From positions 40,306 to 104,305 of the forward strand of contig CAYNFE010000002.1 in the NCBI GenBank assembly GCA_964396475.1: a stretch of DNA of 64,000 nucleotides, given 5' to 3'. The translations under genes were made by a program, and so were the position numbers. The first letter of the stretch is position 1. Every line of letters begins with the position of its first letter. This DNA is from Candidatus Woesearchaeota archaeon. Lineage in GTDB: Archaea > Nanobdellota > Nanobdellia > Pacearchaeales > UBA284. The notes under the pieces were generated by a model that was given only the letters and a program-made list of their open reading frames with translations, was not told where the DNA came from and did no database searches. Shown one piece after another: positions 26,387-36,323 of the stretch.

Positions 26387-27577
26387 TTAAACTTTCTTCT
26401 TCTGGAAAGAGAAAATAATGAGGAGGAAAGAACCAACAACACCAAATATGAGAGCAAGGGAAAGATTAGCTAGGAAAAACAATAAGAACATGAACAAAGC
26501 TGTTGAAATATGAAGAGTAATTTCACGAATTGCTATTACTTCTGCTATATCTTTCCTTTTTGCCATATCATAATTCAAAGCATCAAAGGCTGTTCCTCCT
26601 GCTGAGGCTGGAGCTACTATTCCAAAGAAGATACCTATACCTAAAACTTGCAAAACTGTTGATATAAGAGATCTGATAAACCATCCAAGAGCAGTAAGAG
26701 AAGAACCTATTCTTAATATAATTCCTTCATTATATTTATCTGATAATTTTCCGACAAAATAAGTTGAGGTTATTGCAACAAAAAGACCTACAGATGTAAG
26801 GGCCCCTACACCTAGATAATTTTTTAGAATAAAGAACATGATCAAAACCCAAGCTAATCCTGCACATCCACACAAAGCATAGCCAACAAAGCCAGATAAA
26901 CCTTTAAGACCTACTCTCTTTATTACACTATTCACTCTTCTAAATGAAAAATCTTTAGGAATATACATTTCTTTAGACATGAATAAAGGAATAGTGGAAA
27001 AAAATAAAAGAACAGAAACTAAAACAAATAAAAAATTAAATCCTAACTTAAGAAGTATAAAACCACCAATGATAGGACCAAGAGCAGCTAATACAGAGCA
27101 GAAAATTTGATAACCTGCTACTTGTTCTGCTCTAAATTTTCTTGAACTAAATCTTGCAAAATCTGTATGGAAATTTACCCAGAAAAAAGAGCTATGCAAT
27201 CCAGCTGCTATCGGTGCTAAAAAGAAAATCCAATTTAGTGTATTAGGTATAACAAATTGTAAAAGTAAATAATATGCTATCAGAAAAGGCATTGATAAAA
27301 GCATTCCGTGTTTAATTCCAATTTTTGTCGATATTTTAGCTGAAAGAAATACTGTCAGTGCAAATGCAGCAGAAACAATAGAATAAAAAAGAAATATGTA
27401 CCTAATATCAAAACCCTGCTGGAAAAGATAGATTGGAACAAAAACACCTATTAAAGCTATAGCAAAAGCTCTTCCAGCTACTGTGAGATAGACTTCGCTA
27501 AGTTCCCTATTCAGAAAATAATTAAAAAAATTATGGTGATGATGTATATGTGGCATTTTTCCTCTTTTTGAGAACAA
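26387..27577 (-). CDS. MFS transporter
   Basis: About 12 TM segments; GKLSDKY loop motif; GPIIGG. Confidence 0.85.
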   Translation of the reverse strand: MFSKRGKMPHIHHHHNFFNYFLNRELSEVYLTVAGRAFAIALIGVFVPIYLFQQGFDIRYIFLFYSIVSAAFALTVFLSAKISTKIGIKHGMLLSMPFLIAYYLLLQFVIPNTLNWIFFLAPIAAGLHSSFFWVNFHTDFARFSSRKFRAEQVAGYQIFCSVLAALGPIIGGFILLKLGFNFLFVLVSVLLFFSTIPLFMSKEMYIPKDFSFRRVNSVIKRVGLKGLSGFVGYALCGCAGLAWVLIMFFILKNYLGVGALTSVGLFVAITSTYFVGKLSDKYNEGIILRIGSSLTALGWFIRSLISTVLQVLGIGIFFGIVAPASAGGTAFDALNYDMAKRKDIAEVIAIREITLHISTALFMFLLFFLANLSLALIFGVVGSFLLIIFSFQKKKV

Positions 27578-27617
27578 GAATAATAAGATTTAATAATCTT
27601 TTCTTACTCTTTTCTTT

Positions 27618-28808
27618 ATGTTAATAGGTATAGTCGGAAAGCCCAATGTTGGTAAGAGTACATTTTTCAAAGCTTCTACTCTTGCTGAAGTAGCTATAGC
27701 ATCTTATCCATTCACGACTATTAAAGCTAATGAAGGGGTTGGGTTTGTTAAAGTAAAATGTCCAGAACAAGAGCTCAAGATAAAATGCAAGCCAAATCAT
27801 GGTTTCTGTTTAGAAGGATGGAGGTTTATTCCTGTAAAGCTTCTCGACGTAGCAGGATTAGTTCCAGGAGCTCATAAAGGCAAGGGTCTAGGAAATAAGT
27901 TTTTAGATGATTTAAGACAGGCTGATGCTCTTATTCATGTTATAGATATTAGTGGAACAACAAATGAAGAAGGTAAAAAAACGCAGGGTTATGACCCTTC
28001 TTATGATATAAAATTCCTGGAAGATGAATTAGATCATTGGTTTTATAATATAATTGGTGGAAATTGGGCAAATATAATAAGAAAAATTAAAATAACTGAC
28101 GTCAAACCGATAGAACTTCTTGCAGAAAAATTTTCTGGTTTAAAAATCACAGAAAATATGATTAAAATTGCAATTAAAAATTGCGCTCTGAGTGATGATT
28201 TTCCATCTTGGAGCGATGAACAACTTTTAATTTTTGTAAGACAACTTAGAAAATCAAGCAAACCAATAATCATAGCAGCAAATAAAATAGATAAGTCAGA
28301 TGGATTAAATAATTATAATAAATTAAGGGCAGATTTTCCAAACTATATAATTATTCCATGTTCTGCTGAAAGTGAATTAGCATTAAGAGAGGCTGCTCGA
28401 GATAAAAAAATAGATTATATTCCAGGAAGCATTGAATTTTCAGAAAAAGAAGATAAACTGACAGATAAACAAAAAAAAGCTCTTGAATTTATTAAAGAAA
28501 AAATTCTTAAAAAATTTAGAGAGGGAACAGGAGTTCAAACATGTCTTAATCATGCTATATTTGCTCTTCTTAAACAAATTGTTATTTATCCGGTAGAAAA
28601 TGAAAATCATTTTACAGATTCTAAAAATAATGTTCTTCCAGATGCCTTGCTTCTAAAAGATGGCTCTACAGCTATTGATTTAGCATATGCTGTCCATAGT
28701 GATATAGGAGATGCTTTTATTTCTGCAATAGATGCTCGTACACACAAGAGGCTGGCTAAGGATTATCAATTGAAGGATAATGATATTATAAGAATAATGA
28801 CTAAATAG
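27618..28808 (+). CDS. ychF: YchF/OLA1-like GTPase with TGS domain
   Basis: GKPNVGKST, YPFTTI, DVAGLVPGA, NKID, C-terminal TGS domain. Confidence 0.9.
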   Translation: MLIGIVGKPNVGKSTFFKASTLAEVAIASYPFTTIKANEGVGFVKVKCPEQELKIKCKPNHGFCLEGWRFIPVKLLDVAGLVPGAHKGKGLGNKFLDDLRQADALIHVIDISGTTNEEGKKTQGYDPSYDIKFLEDELDHWFYNIIGGNWANIIRKIKITDVKPIELLAEKFSGLKITENMIKIAIKNCALSDDFPSWSDEQLLIFVRQLRKSSKPIIIAANKIDKSDGLNNYNKLRADFPNYIIIPCSAESELALREAARDKKIDYIPGSIEFSEKEDKLTDKQKKALEFIKEKILKKFREGTGVQTCLNHAIFALLKQIVIYPVENENHFTDSKNNVLPDALLLKDGSTAIDLAYAVHSDIGDAFISAIDARTHKRLAKDYQLKDNDIIRIMTK

Positions 28809-28852
28809 CATAAAAATTTAAATATCTTCTTTTATCATTTATTTAGTTAAAA

Positions 28853-29263
28853 ATGAATAATACTAATAATAATAAAATTAATAATGAAGGATTAAAATAT
28901 TTATTTTCAAATAATAATCTTGAAAAAGCAAAAGAGAATATAAAAAAAAGATTTGGGGAGAGATGTTTTTGTAACCAGAAAAATAGATTAGATAGATTAT
29001 CCAAAACAGTAAATCTAATTAAACAAGGAAAAAATTTTGGTTTGGATAGTGATAAAAAATTTTATGATTATATAAAAGAAGAGATTGGTTGTAGTTTAGA
29101 AACAGCAAGAGGACTCATTCGAAGGATATTTCTTGAATCAATGACTAAAGAACAAATTATGGATAGAGATTCAACTACTAAATATAGTCATAAAAAAAGT
29201 ATTTATGGCATACCTATTTATAATATAATTAGAAGTAATTATCGTTATGTTAAAGATGCATAA
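28853..29263 (+). CDS. hypothetical protein
   Basis: ATG ORF with TATA upstream; low-complexity N-terminus. Confidence 0.5.
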   Translation: MNNTNNNKINNEGLKYLFSNNNLEKAKENIKKRFGERCFCNQKNRLDRLSKTVNLIKQGKNFGLDSDKKFYDYIKEEIGCSLETARGLIRRIFLESMTKEQIMDRDSTTKYSHKKSIYGIPIYNIIRSNYRYVKDA

Positions 29264-29330
29264 AAAGAAAAGCACCCCTTTTTGCCCCCTCCTTTCCCAG
29301 GACAAAAACTGCCTTTTTCTCGGCTAGTCT
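29263..29330 (-). ncRNA. candidate small structured RNA
   Basis: GC-enriched intergenic tract; TATA TTTATATA at 29358-29351; two hairpins; U-rich end. Confidence 0.35.
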
Positions 29331-29425
29331 ACTTCTTTATGTTCTGTTTGTATATAAATATAGTTAAGGAAAAATATAATAGACAGAATATAAGCAAAAG
29401 AAAAATAAGCTTTGTAAATTATATT

Positions 29426-29896
29426 TTAGAAAAAATCTTTTAAATTTCTTTGTTTAAGAATTTTCATTAGAAAATCATTAGCTCTTGTAAGTAATTCTTT
29501 AACTCCTTTCACTCTAATTATTTTCATTGCTTCTTCATAAGTGCACCATTTAAAATTCTCATGCTCATGACTTATCCTTACATTCCATGTCTCTGTCTTA
29601 GCAAGCAAGAAAACAGCTTCTTTTCTAACAAGCTGGCCTTTAAGACGATAAAACCACTGCTGCGTCTCTCTAAAATGAGGTATAAAAACCAAATCAGTTA
29701 TCCCTACCTCTTCTAAAGATTCTCGAAAAGCTGTTTGTTCCTCTGTCTCCCCTGGCTCAACCAAACCCTTGACAAGACCCCAGTAAGTAGGATATTTCAC
29801 AAGAAGATAGTTTGGTTGTCCTTTAGAAATATGAAAAATAACAGCTCCACAGCTTAATTCATATTTTGTTTTTCTTCTTTTCCTTTTTCTTTCCAT
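29426..29896 (-). CDS. Nudix hydrolase (Ap4A hydrolase-like) with C-terminal PIP box
   Basis: SCGAVIF, KGLVEPGETEEQTAFRESLEEVG Nudix box, SHEH, QRNLKDFF. Confidence 0.9.
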   Translation of the reverse strand: MERKRKRRKTKYELSCGAVIFHISKGQPNYLLVKYPTYWGLVKGLVEPGETEEQTAFRESLEEVGITDLVFIPHFRETQQWFYRLKGQLVRKEAVFLLAKTETWNVRISHEHENFKWCTYEEAMKIIRVKGVKELLTRANDFLMKILKQRNLKDFF

Positions 29897-29947
29897 TAGA
29901 GGATAGGGGAGAGAAGAGTTTTTAAAGTTTTAAGAATTTAAAAGAAT

Positions 29948-30391
29948 ATGATGAAATACAAGCTGGCAACAGCAAAAGAAGCTTCTGGAATTGCAAAGTT
30001 ACTTCAGAAAAAATATGGTAAAGACTACAAACCAATAAAATTCACATCAAACTTTGTTAGGGAGAGATTGAGAAGAAAAGGTGTCTTCTATGTAGTTGCT
30101 ATTGAGAATAAAAAAATAGTAGGAACAATGAGAGCAACTGTTGTAGATCTTGATTTAGTTGAACTACGCCATGAAGTTTTTTCTGATGAAAAGATTGGCA
30201 AAGGACTAGTTGAAAAGATGCTCTCAACTTTAAAAAAGAAGAGAATGAGAAAAGTTATTGCAAGAACTATATCTACAGACAAACTTAACAATAAAGTATA
30301 CAAGGGATTAAAATTCAGAAAAGAGGGTTTATTCAAAAACCATTATAGAAAAGGAACACACATCATACAGTATGCTAAATTTTTAAGATAA
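29948..30391 (+). CDS. GNAT family acetyltransferase-like protein
   Basis: VA....IVG, IGKGLV, N..VY.GL.F..EG pattern. Confidence 0.7.
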   Translation: MMKYKLATAKEASGIAKLLQKKYGKDYKPIKFTSNFVRERLRRKGVFYVVAIENKKIVGTMRATVVDLDLVELRHEVFSDEKIGKGLVEKMLSTLKKKRMRKVIARTISTDKLNNKVYKGLKFRKEGLFKNHYRKGTHIIQYAKFLR

Positions 30392-31366
30392 AAACAAACA
30401 ATCCTTTAAATTCTTGTCAAATCTTAGTCTCATAAAGCTAGCTTCTTCGATGAGTTTATCTTTTGTTAGTTCTTGATATTTTATTTCAGCTATCAACTCT
30501 GGCTTAGTCCATATTACTTTTTCTTTTATCTTACTTTGTATTTTACTTTGCTCTTCTTCATTCAATTCTGATTTTTCTATTGTTAATTTTTTAATTCTTT
30601 TTGTGAGTCTTTTTAACAAGCTTCTGTTGAATCCTGTTTCTACCTTTCCAATAAAAACAAGTTCACCTTTATCTGGAACATGAACAGCCAGAACTAAAGA
30701 ATCAAAATATTTTTCTCTCTCATCTTTTCCTTTAGTGAAACCAACAATAATAGTATCTAAAGTATCTATACTCTTTATCTTGAGCCATGACCAGCTTCTC
30801 TTGTCTTGCTCATATCTACTGCCTAATTCTTTTGCTATCATTCCTTCAATCTCTTGCTCTTGAACTTGTTTCCAGAATTCTCTTCCTTTTGTTGTGTATG
30901 GTGCCAGAGAGATAAAAGGGCTATTCTTTATCATCTCTCTTAGAATTCTTTTCCTATCTCCAAGAGGTTTATTTATTAACTGTTTATTATTTTTTTCCAG
31001 AACATCAAAGACAAATAAAATGGATGGAATTGTCCTGCTTCTTGATTCTATCCCCATCTTATTATCAAGTTGCTCTCTCTGCTGCAATAAATTATAATCT
31101 GGCTTTCCTTTTTTATTAAGAACAACAAGTTCAGCATCTAATACACAAGTTTCACAATTAATATTCCTAGGAATCTCTAAAAGTTCTGGATACTTGAAAG
31201 TTATGTCTTTTCCTCTTCTGTTTATAAGTTCAATATCATTTCCTTCCTTATATATTAAAACTCTGGTGCCATCAAACTTTGGTTCAAAAATATATCCAGC
31301 TAAACTCTTTCTGTTAAGAATATCACTATTCCCTAACTTAGCTAGCATAATTTGATATTTTTCCAT
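30383..31366 (-). CDS. compact ATP-dependent DNA ligase (LigD/LigC LIG-domain type)
   Basis: EPKFDGTR, LDAE, FVFDVL, EGMIAK, WLKIK, GKVETGF, RLRFDK. Confidence 0.9.
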   Translation of the reverse strand: MEKYQIMLAKLGNSDILNRKSLAGYIFEPKFDGTRVLIYKEGNDIELINRRGKDITFKYPELLEIPRNINCETCVLDAELVVLNKKGKPDYNLLQQREQLDNKMGIESRSRTIPSILFVFDVLEKNNKQLINKPLGDRKRILREMIKNSPFISLAPYTTKGREFWKQVQEQEIEGMIAKELGSRYEQDKRSWSWLKIKSIDTLDTIIVGFTKGKDEREKYFDSLVLAVHVPDKGELVFIGKVETGFNRSLLKRLTKRIKKLTIEKSELNEEEQSKIQSKIKEKVIWTKPELIAEIKYQELTKDKLIEEASFMRLRFDKNLKDCLFLS

Positions 31367-31616
31367 ATTTTCTTCCTTGATTATTTTTTTTGATGTGTAT
31401 ATTATGAATTTCTTTAAGTATCCCAGTAATAAATTTTTCTATCTCTTTATCATTATCATAATATAAATATACCTCACAAGCGCAGTGTGCTCCATATTCT
31501 AGTTTTGGATCTATCACTCTTTTTTGTTTTAATGAAAATTCTGTGTTTAATCTAGATTTTAATCCTTTATTCTTACATTTATTTATCTTACACTGTATAT
31601 CTATTTTACAAATCAT
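31338..31616 (-). CDS. small Cys-containing hypothetical protein
   Basis: ATG ORF overlapping the ligase start. Confidence 0.5.
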   Translation of the reverse strand: MICKIDIQCKINKCKNKGLKSRLNTEFSLKQKRVIDPKLEYGAHCACEVYLYYDNDKEIEKFITGILKEIHNIHIKKNNQGRKYGKISNYAS

Positions 31617-31768
31617 TCTCTCCCTTTTCCTTTTTCTCTTTTTTCCATTTTAACAAAGAAATCTAAATTTAAAAAACTTGTTCTAAGGTGTTATGATTAA
31701 AAATATATTATAAAAAACAATGAATAGATTGGCAAAAGATTTAAATATAATGTGGCTTTGTAAAAAAT

Positions 31769-32044
31769 ATGACTTCAAAAATTTGTCCATGGTGTGGTAG
31801 AGTTCTTGAAATAAAAGCTTTAGATCTAGGTTCAACCATAAAATACGTATGTGGAAGATGTGGTTTTAAGATAAAAGAATTTGATAAACCACAACCACCT
31901 AAAGAAGAACCTAAACCAGAAGTTGTTGAAGTTAAACAGGCTGAAATTCCCGTAACAAAACAAACACCAACATGGCCATTCATTCTTGGGGCTATAGTTT
32001 TGATAATTATAATCATAGCTTTAGTTAAAATATTCTTAGTTTAA
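31769..32044 (+). CDS. zinc-ribbon protein with C-terminal TM anchor
   Basis: CPWC...CGRC, Pro-rich linker, hydrophobic tail. Confidence 0.75.
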   Translation: MTSKICPWCGRVLEIKALDLGSTIKYVCGRCGFKIKEFDKPQPPKEEPKPEVVEVKQAEIPVTKQTPTWPFILGAIVLIIIIIALVKIFLV

Positions 32045-32170
32045 ATAAAAAGTAAGATTTATAGTAGATTTCTATTATTCAAACAAAAAAATCCATTGAG
32101 TATTAAAGAGAGAAAAATCTGGATAAGAAAGAAATTCTTTTATTCTAGAATTAAACTCTTTAAAATTCTC

Positions 32171-32518
32171 TTATTCAACTTTTTCTTCAGTTTTCTCTTC
32201 AGCGGTCTCAGCTTCTTTAGGAGCTTCACCTGCTCCGATAACTTCTATTTTTCCTTGTCTTCCGGTTGTGACTTGTTTTTCTCCCTGAAAGTCCTTACAA
32301 AATCCATCTGTCAACTTAATCTTGTCTCCAACACTGATTTGATCTACTTGTTCATTCCATAGAGACAATTTCACTTTTCCTGTGTCATCCTCGATAGTTG
32401 CTGTTGCTACACGAATAGGCCTACCAAAACGAACAAAGGTCCTGGCTTCTTCTACATCGATAACTTTGGCTTCTTCTAAGTCTGCTTTTTGACCGACTTT
32501 TAAATCCGCAATTTTCAT
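32171..32518 (-). CDS. single OB-fold ssDNA-binding protein
   Basis: KIADLK, EDDTGKVKLSLWNEQ, VGDKIKL..G, acidic tail. Confidence 0.88.
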   Translation of the reverse strand: MKIADLKVGQKADLEEAKVIDVEEARTFVRFGRPIRVATATIEDDTGKVKLSLWNEQVDQISVGDKIKLTDGFCKDFQGEKQVTTGRQGKIEVIGAGEAPKEAETAEEKTEEKVE

Positions 32519-32565
32519 TTTTCTCTTATATATTTTTATTTAGTATTAAATACAAATTTATATTT

Positions 32566-33714
32566 TTAAAGGTTTGTGATAGGAATATTATTCTGGAAAG
32601 TGATTTCTAAGAAAGGAAGCTCTTTGTATGCTCTTTTTTTTGATGTATGTATTATTTTAGCCAGTTTCTCAGCTATCTCTTTTCTTTTTGCTTGTTTTTG
32701 ATTTGCTATCCATATTTTAAGTATACGAGAAGGCGGCTTATAAGATGTGTAATCTTGCTTAGATTTTTCCTTTGAATTTGAAATGCCTTCTGTGAGAAAG
32801 GCATTTATATATACAAGAAAACGCCAGTGTTGCCATCTTCTAATGCGACCTCTAAAAACATCTGCCTTGCTTAAAGCATCATATGCTTTAACTAACTCTT
32901 TACCTTGATATTCTAAAGGAAGGTTTTCATCTATCCACAAGAATAAATCATTATTATTAATATTCTGTACATTATCAAACGCTTTTAGTACTCCTCCTTT
33001 AGATTTGAATATTCGTCTCAGAGAATTAAAAATATTCTCATCTTTTTCTCTATAACATAAATCTAAAGCATTTTTTTTGGTTATTTCCTTATGTGCAGAA
33101 GAAAGAACTTGTAAATCAGTTATTGCTGCTCTTGCATCACCTTTTACTGTTGATGAAATGCATTCAAGAGCATCATCAGAAATTTTTATCTTCTCTTTTT
33201 TTGCAATCTTTTTCAGTAAAGAAAAAAGAATCTCTTTATCTATTGTTTTAAGTTCAATGAATTGTGTTTTTGATCTTAATGGCCTTAATTTGGATTGCCA
33301 TGCATCATTTGCTACTAAAATTATTGGAAATGTTGTTTCTGATATTAATCTTATAAGTTCTCTCAAGCCCCCTCTGTCCCTTGTTCCAGTTATACCATCA
33401 ACTTCATCTACAAGAATCAGCTTGCCTTTTGAAAATAAGCTCTGTTGTTTTAAAGCCTGTCCTATAACCTCATGAATTTGTTGCTTAGTTCTGAAATCAC
33501 TAGCATTCATCTCAATAATCTCATAATTAAAACCTAGAGCAAGAGTATAGGCTATAGAAGTCTTTCCGCTTCCAGCCGGACCATGAAGCATCACAGCTTT
33601 CTTTCTCTGTCTAGAAAAGTCCTTTATAAAATCAAGAATTTTCTTTTTGGCTTCAAAATTTCCAACTACTTCATTAAGTTTTTTAGGTCTGTATTTTTCT
33701 GCCCAAGGAATCAT
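32566..33714 (-). CDS. rfcL: replication factor C large subunit (short form)
   Basis: WAEKYRP, GPAGSGKT, EMNASD, DEVDG, GDARAA, WIDENLP. Confidence 0.92.
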   Translation of the reverse strand: MIPWAEKYRPKKLNEVVGNFEAKKKILDFIKDFSRQRKKAVMLHGPAGSGKTSIAYTLALGFNYEIIEMNASDFRTKQQIHEVIGQALKQQSLFSKGKLILVDEVDGITGTRDRGGLRELIRLISETTFPIILVANDAWQSKLRPLRSKTQFIELKTIDKEILFSLLKKIAKKEKIKISDDALECISSTVKGDARAAITDLQVLSSAHKEITKKNALDLCYREKDENIFNSLRRIFKSKGGVLKAFDNVQNINNNDLFLWIDENLPLEYQGKELVKAYDALSKADVFRGRIRRWQHWRFLVYINAFLTEGISNSKEKSKQDYTSYKPPSRILKIWIANQKQAKRKEIAEKLAKIIHTSKKRAYKELPFLEITFQNNIPITNL

Positions 33715-33740
33715 TTTCCTATTTATTTTTCTTTTTTTAT

Positions 33741-34715
33741 TTATTTTTTAGCAAGAATGAATGATGCAAGAAGAGATTCTAATTGAATAAAATCATCACT
33801 ACCTTCGACTAGTCTAAACTCAGTTTCCCCACATTTCTCTACTAATTTTAATTTTTCTTCTTCTTTTATATTGAGATTCCATATTTCTCTTTGTACTGCT
33901 TTGATTATGTCCAAGCCGCTAAGACCTTGTTTTAACATTACATCAAGAAGTTTATTTCGCGCATCAAGGAAAGAACCTCTCAAAGCAAGTTCAAGAATGC
34001 TCTTTATGTCTGCTGGTTTTGCTTCTGCTATAATTTCATAAATTGTATTTTCATCTATATTTTTAGTAATGCTTGCACTGGCTTGCAATATATTAATGAC
34101 TCTTCTCAAGTCACCATGGCTAACATCACAAAGACTTTCTATAGCTTTATTATTAATTTTAAATTTCTCTTGTTTTGCTATTCTTTCTATAATCTTAGCC
34201 GTATCTTTTTTATCTAACAATTTAAATCTAAATACACTACATCTGCTTTGAATTGGATCAATAATCTTACTGCTAATATTACAACTTAAGATAAAACGAC
34301 ATGTTCCTGTGAAGATTTCCATTGTTCTCCTCAAGGCTTGCTGGGCTTCCTTAGTGAGAGCATCAGATTCATCAAGAAAAATTATTTTGAATGGTCCACT
34401 GAAAGCTTTTGTTCTTGCAAAACTCTTAACCTTGCGTCTTACAACATCTATTCCTCTTTCATCAGAAGCATTAAGCTCTAAAAAATTCTCATTCCAACTA
34501 GGCCCAAAGAATTTTTTTGCTACAATTAATGCTAGGGTTGTTTTTCCACTTCCTGCAGGTCCAGAAAATAACAAATGAGGCATGTTTTGATTCTGCACAA
34601 AAGCCTTGGCTCTTTTCACAATTTCAGGATGACCAAGTACTTCAGAAAATTCTCTAGGACGGTATTTCTCAGTCCAGATCATACTCTCTTCTTTTTGTCC
34701 CTTAACCTTTGCCAT
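33741..34715 (-). CDS. rfcS: replication factor C small subunit
   Basis: WTEKYRP, GPAGSGKT, LELNASDERG, DESD, QSRC; start set at ATG 34715. Confidence 0.95.
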   Translation of the reverse strand: MAKVKGQKEESMIWTEKYRPREFSEVLGHPEIVKRAKAFVQNQNMPHLLFSGPAGSGKTTLALIVAKKFFGPSWNENFLELNASDERGIDVVRRKVKSFARTKAFSGPFKIIFLDESDALTKEAQQALRRTMEIFTGTCRFILSCNISSKIIDPIQSRCSVFRFKLLDKKDTAKIIERIAKQEKFKINNKAIESLCDVSHGDLRRVINILQASASITKNIDENTIYEIIAEAKPADIKSILELALRGSFLDARNKLLDVMLKQGLSGLDIIKAVQREIWNLNIKEEEKLKLVEKCGETEFRLVEGSDDFIQLESLLASFILAKK

Positions 34716-34824
34716 TTTAAGAAAAGAGGAGAAGTTTTTATAAATCTTATGTCTCAACATTTATAATCCCTTAAAAGTAAGAACAAGAAAAAGATTTAAA
34801 TATAACCTTCAGTTTTTAATTTTA

Positions 34825-35442
34825 ATGTTACAATTCAAAAAATATTTTAATTTTAATTATTGGACAGCAAAATTAAGAAATTATGATAAGATTGAAAAAC
34901 AGCAAAGAAACATTAATGAATTAAAAACTAAGAAAAACAATTTAGAAAATAAAATATTAGATTTAAAAGAAGAAATAGAAACTCTTGACTCAATGTGTGG
35001 TGAGACAGAAAAAGAAAAATTGAAATTTAAGAAAGAACTTAAAGAAACTGAAGAAAAATTAAGAGGAATATGTGGGGATTCTAAATATAAAGAGAAAATT
35101 CTTCTCTTGCCAAAAAAAGAGATTGAAGTATTGATAAGCTTTATTCCACAAAAGAAATCTAGAAATTATAAACCATATATTAAAATGAGTCATCCTCATG
35201 AAAAATATAAAGCACTTATACGCTTTTTTAAAAAAGTAAATTCTATAGATTATGTTTTAGGAGTAACTTGTGGGGAGTTTAAGAAAGTAAAATTACCACA
35301 AATTAAGAAAATCACTAAAGATGAAATTTTAGGTATTTATCCTGTTGATGGTCTTGGTCATTTCTTTAAAGTTGAAACTACAGCAAAAGATATTAAAGAA
35401 CAAGAATATATCGCAAAATTAATAAAAAACATTTGGTTTTGA
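34825..35442 (+). CDS. hypothetical coiled-coil protein
   Basis: N-terminal heptads plus a globular C-terminus. Confidence 0.65.
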   Translation: MLQFKKYFNFNYWTAKLRNYDKIEKQQRNINELKTKKNNLENKILDLKEEIETLDSMCGETEKEKLKFKKELKETEEKLRGICGDSKYKEKILLLPKKEIEVLISFIPQKKSRNYKPYIKMSHPHEKYKALIRFFKKVNSIDYVLGVTCGEFKKVKLPQIKKITKDEILGIYPVDGLGHFFKVETTAKDIKEQEYIAKLIKNIWF

Positions 35443-35444
35443 TC

Positions 35445-36308
35445 CTAGGAAATTCTAGAAATAACAAACTTTGATCCGGCAAATGCTGAGATTATTGCTG
35501 TTATTGATAAATTATTAATTTTTGTCTTAAATATAGGTTCAGTTAATGGCTGTTCAGCTCTATCAGCAAATTTCTGAACAATTTCTCTTATCTCATCTTC
35601 AGTTAACTTAATTTTAGTTTCTTTAACAATTTCTTTAGTTATTTTAATTGGAATATTTGCTCCATCACACTGTATAACAGAGATTGTTTTATCTTTAATA
35701 AAAATATTTAATTTTCCTAAATCTAATGTGACTAATGCAATAGATTTTTCTTTAGGTTTTTCTGGAGGAGCAGGAGCTGGATAAACAGGAGCTTCAGGAT
35801 AGGGCATTTCTTCTGTAGGGGGGGCCATAGCCTCTTCTTCAGGCGGTCTTGCTGGAGGTCTTGGTGGAGGTAAGGGCCAGTCTTTTCTAATCTCTGGTTT
35901 TAGTAGGGTTGGTAGAGGTCTTTTGTAAATAGGAGCTTCTTCCATTGCTTCAGGGGTTGGTTTTGGAGCTATTTCAACTCTCTCTATTTTTTCTCTTGGT
36001 TTTTCAATTTTTTCTTCTTCAATCGTCAAAGGTTTAAGTTTCTGTCTCATTTTTTTTCTCCTCATCACGCTTGGCCTTAGTTTTTTTTCAACCATAACTA
36101 TTCTTTTTTCTATCGTTTTTTCTCCTTTCTTAACTTTCCTAGTTTCTTTTTTTTCCTCAGCTTGTTGTTTTTCTTTAGCTAACATCAATTGTTTCATAAA
36201 AGAAATCAAAAATTCTTTTTCTTTACTTGACTTACTTGAGATCTTTGCTTTTTTGACTGCAGATTTTGCAACTTCTATTTCACTCTTTATTTTTGCCTTC
36301 TGTACCAT
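35445..36308 (-). CDS. Pro-rich protein ending in a domain like the N-terminal domain of VirB11/FlaI secretion ATPases
   Basis: LGKLNIFIKDKTISVIQCDGANIPIKI...TKIKLTEDEIREIVQKFA; no Walker A. Confidence 0.55.
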   Translation of the reverse strand: MVQKAKIKSEIEVAKSAVKKAKISSKSSKEKEFLISFMKQLMLAKEKQQAEEKKETRKVKKGEKTIEKRIVMVEKKLRPSVMRRKKMRQKLKPLTIEEEKIEKPREKIERVEIAPKPTPEAMEEAPIYKRPLPTLLKPEIRKDWPLPPPRPPARPPEEEAMAPPTEEMPYPEAPVYPAPAPPEKPKEKSIALVTLDLGKLNIFIKDKTISVIQCDGANIPIKITKEIVKETKIKLTEDEIREIVQKFADRAEQPLTEPIFKTKINNLSITAIISAFAGSKFVISRIS

Positions 36309-36323
36309 TTTAGAAGTTCAATA

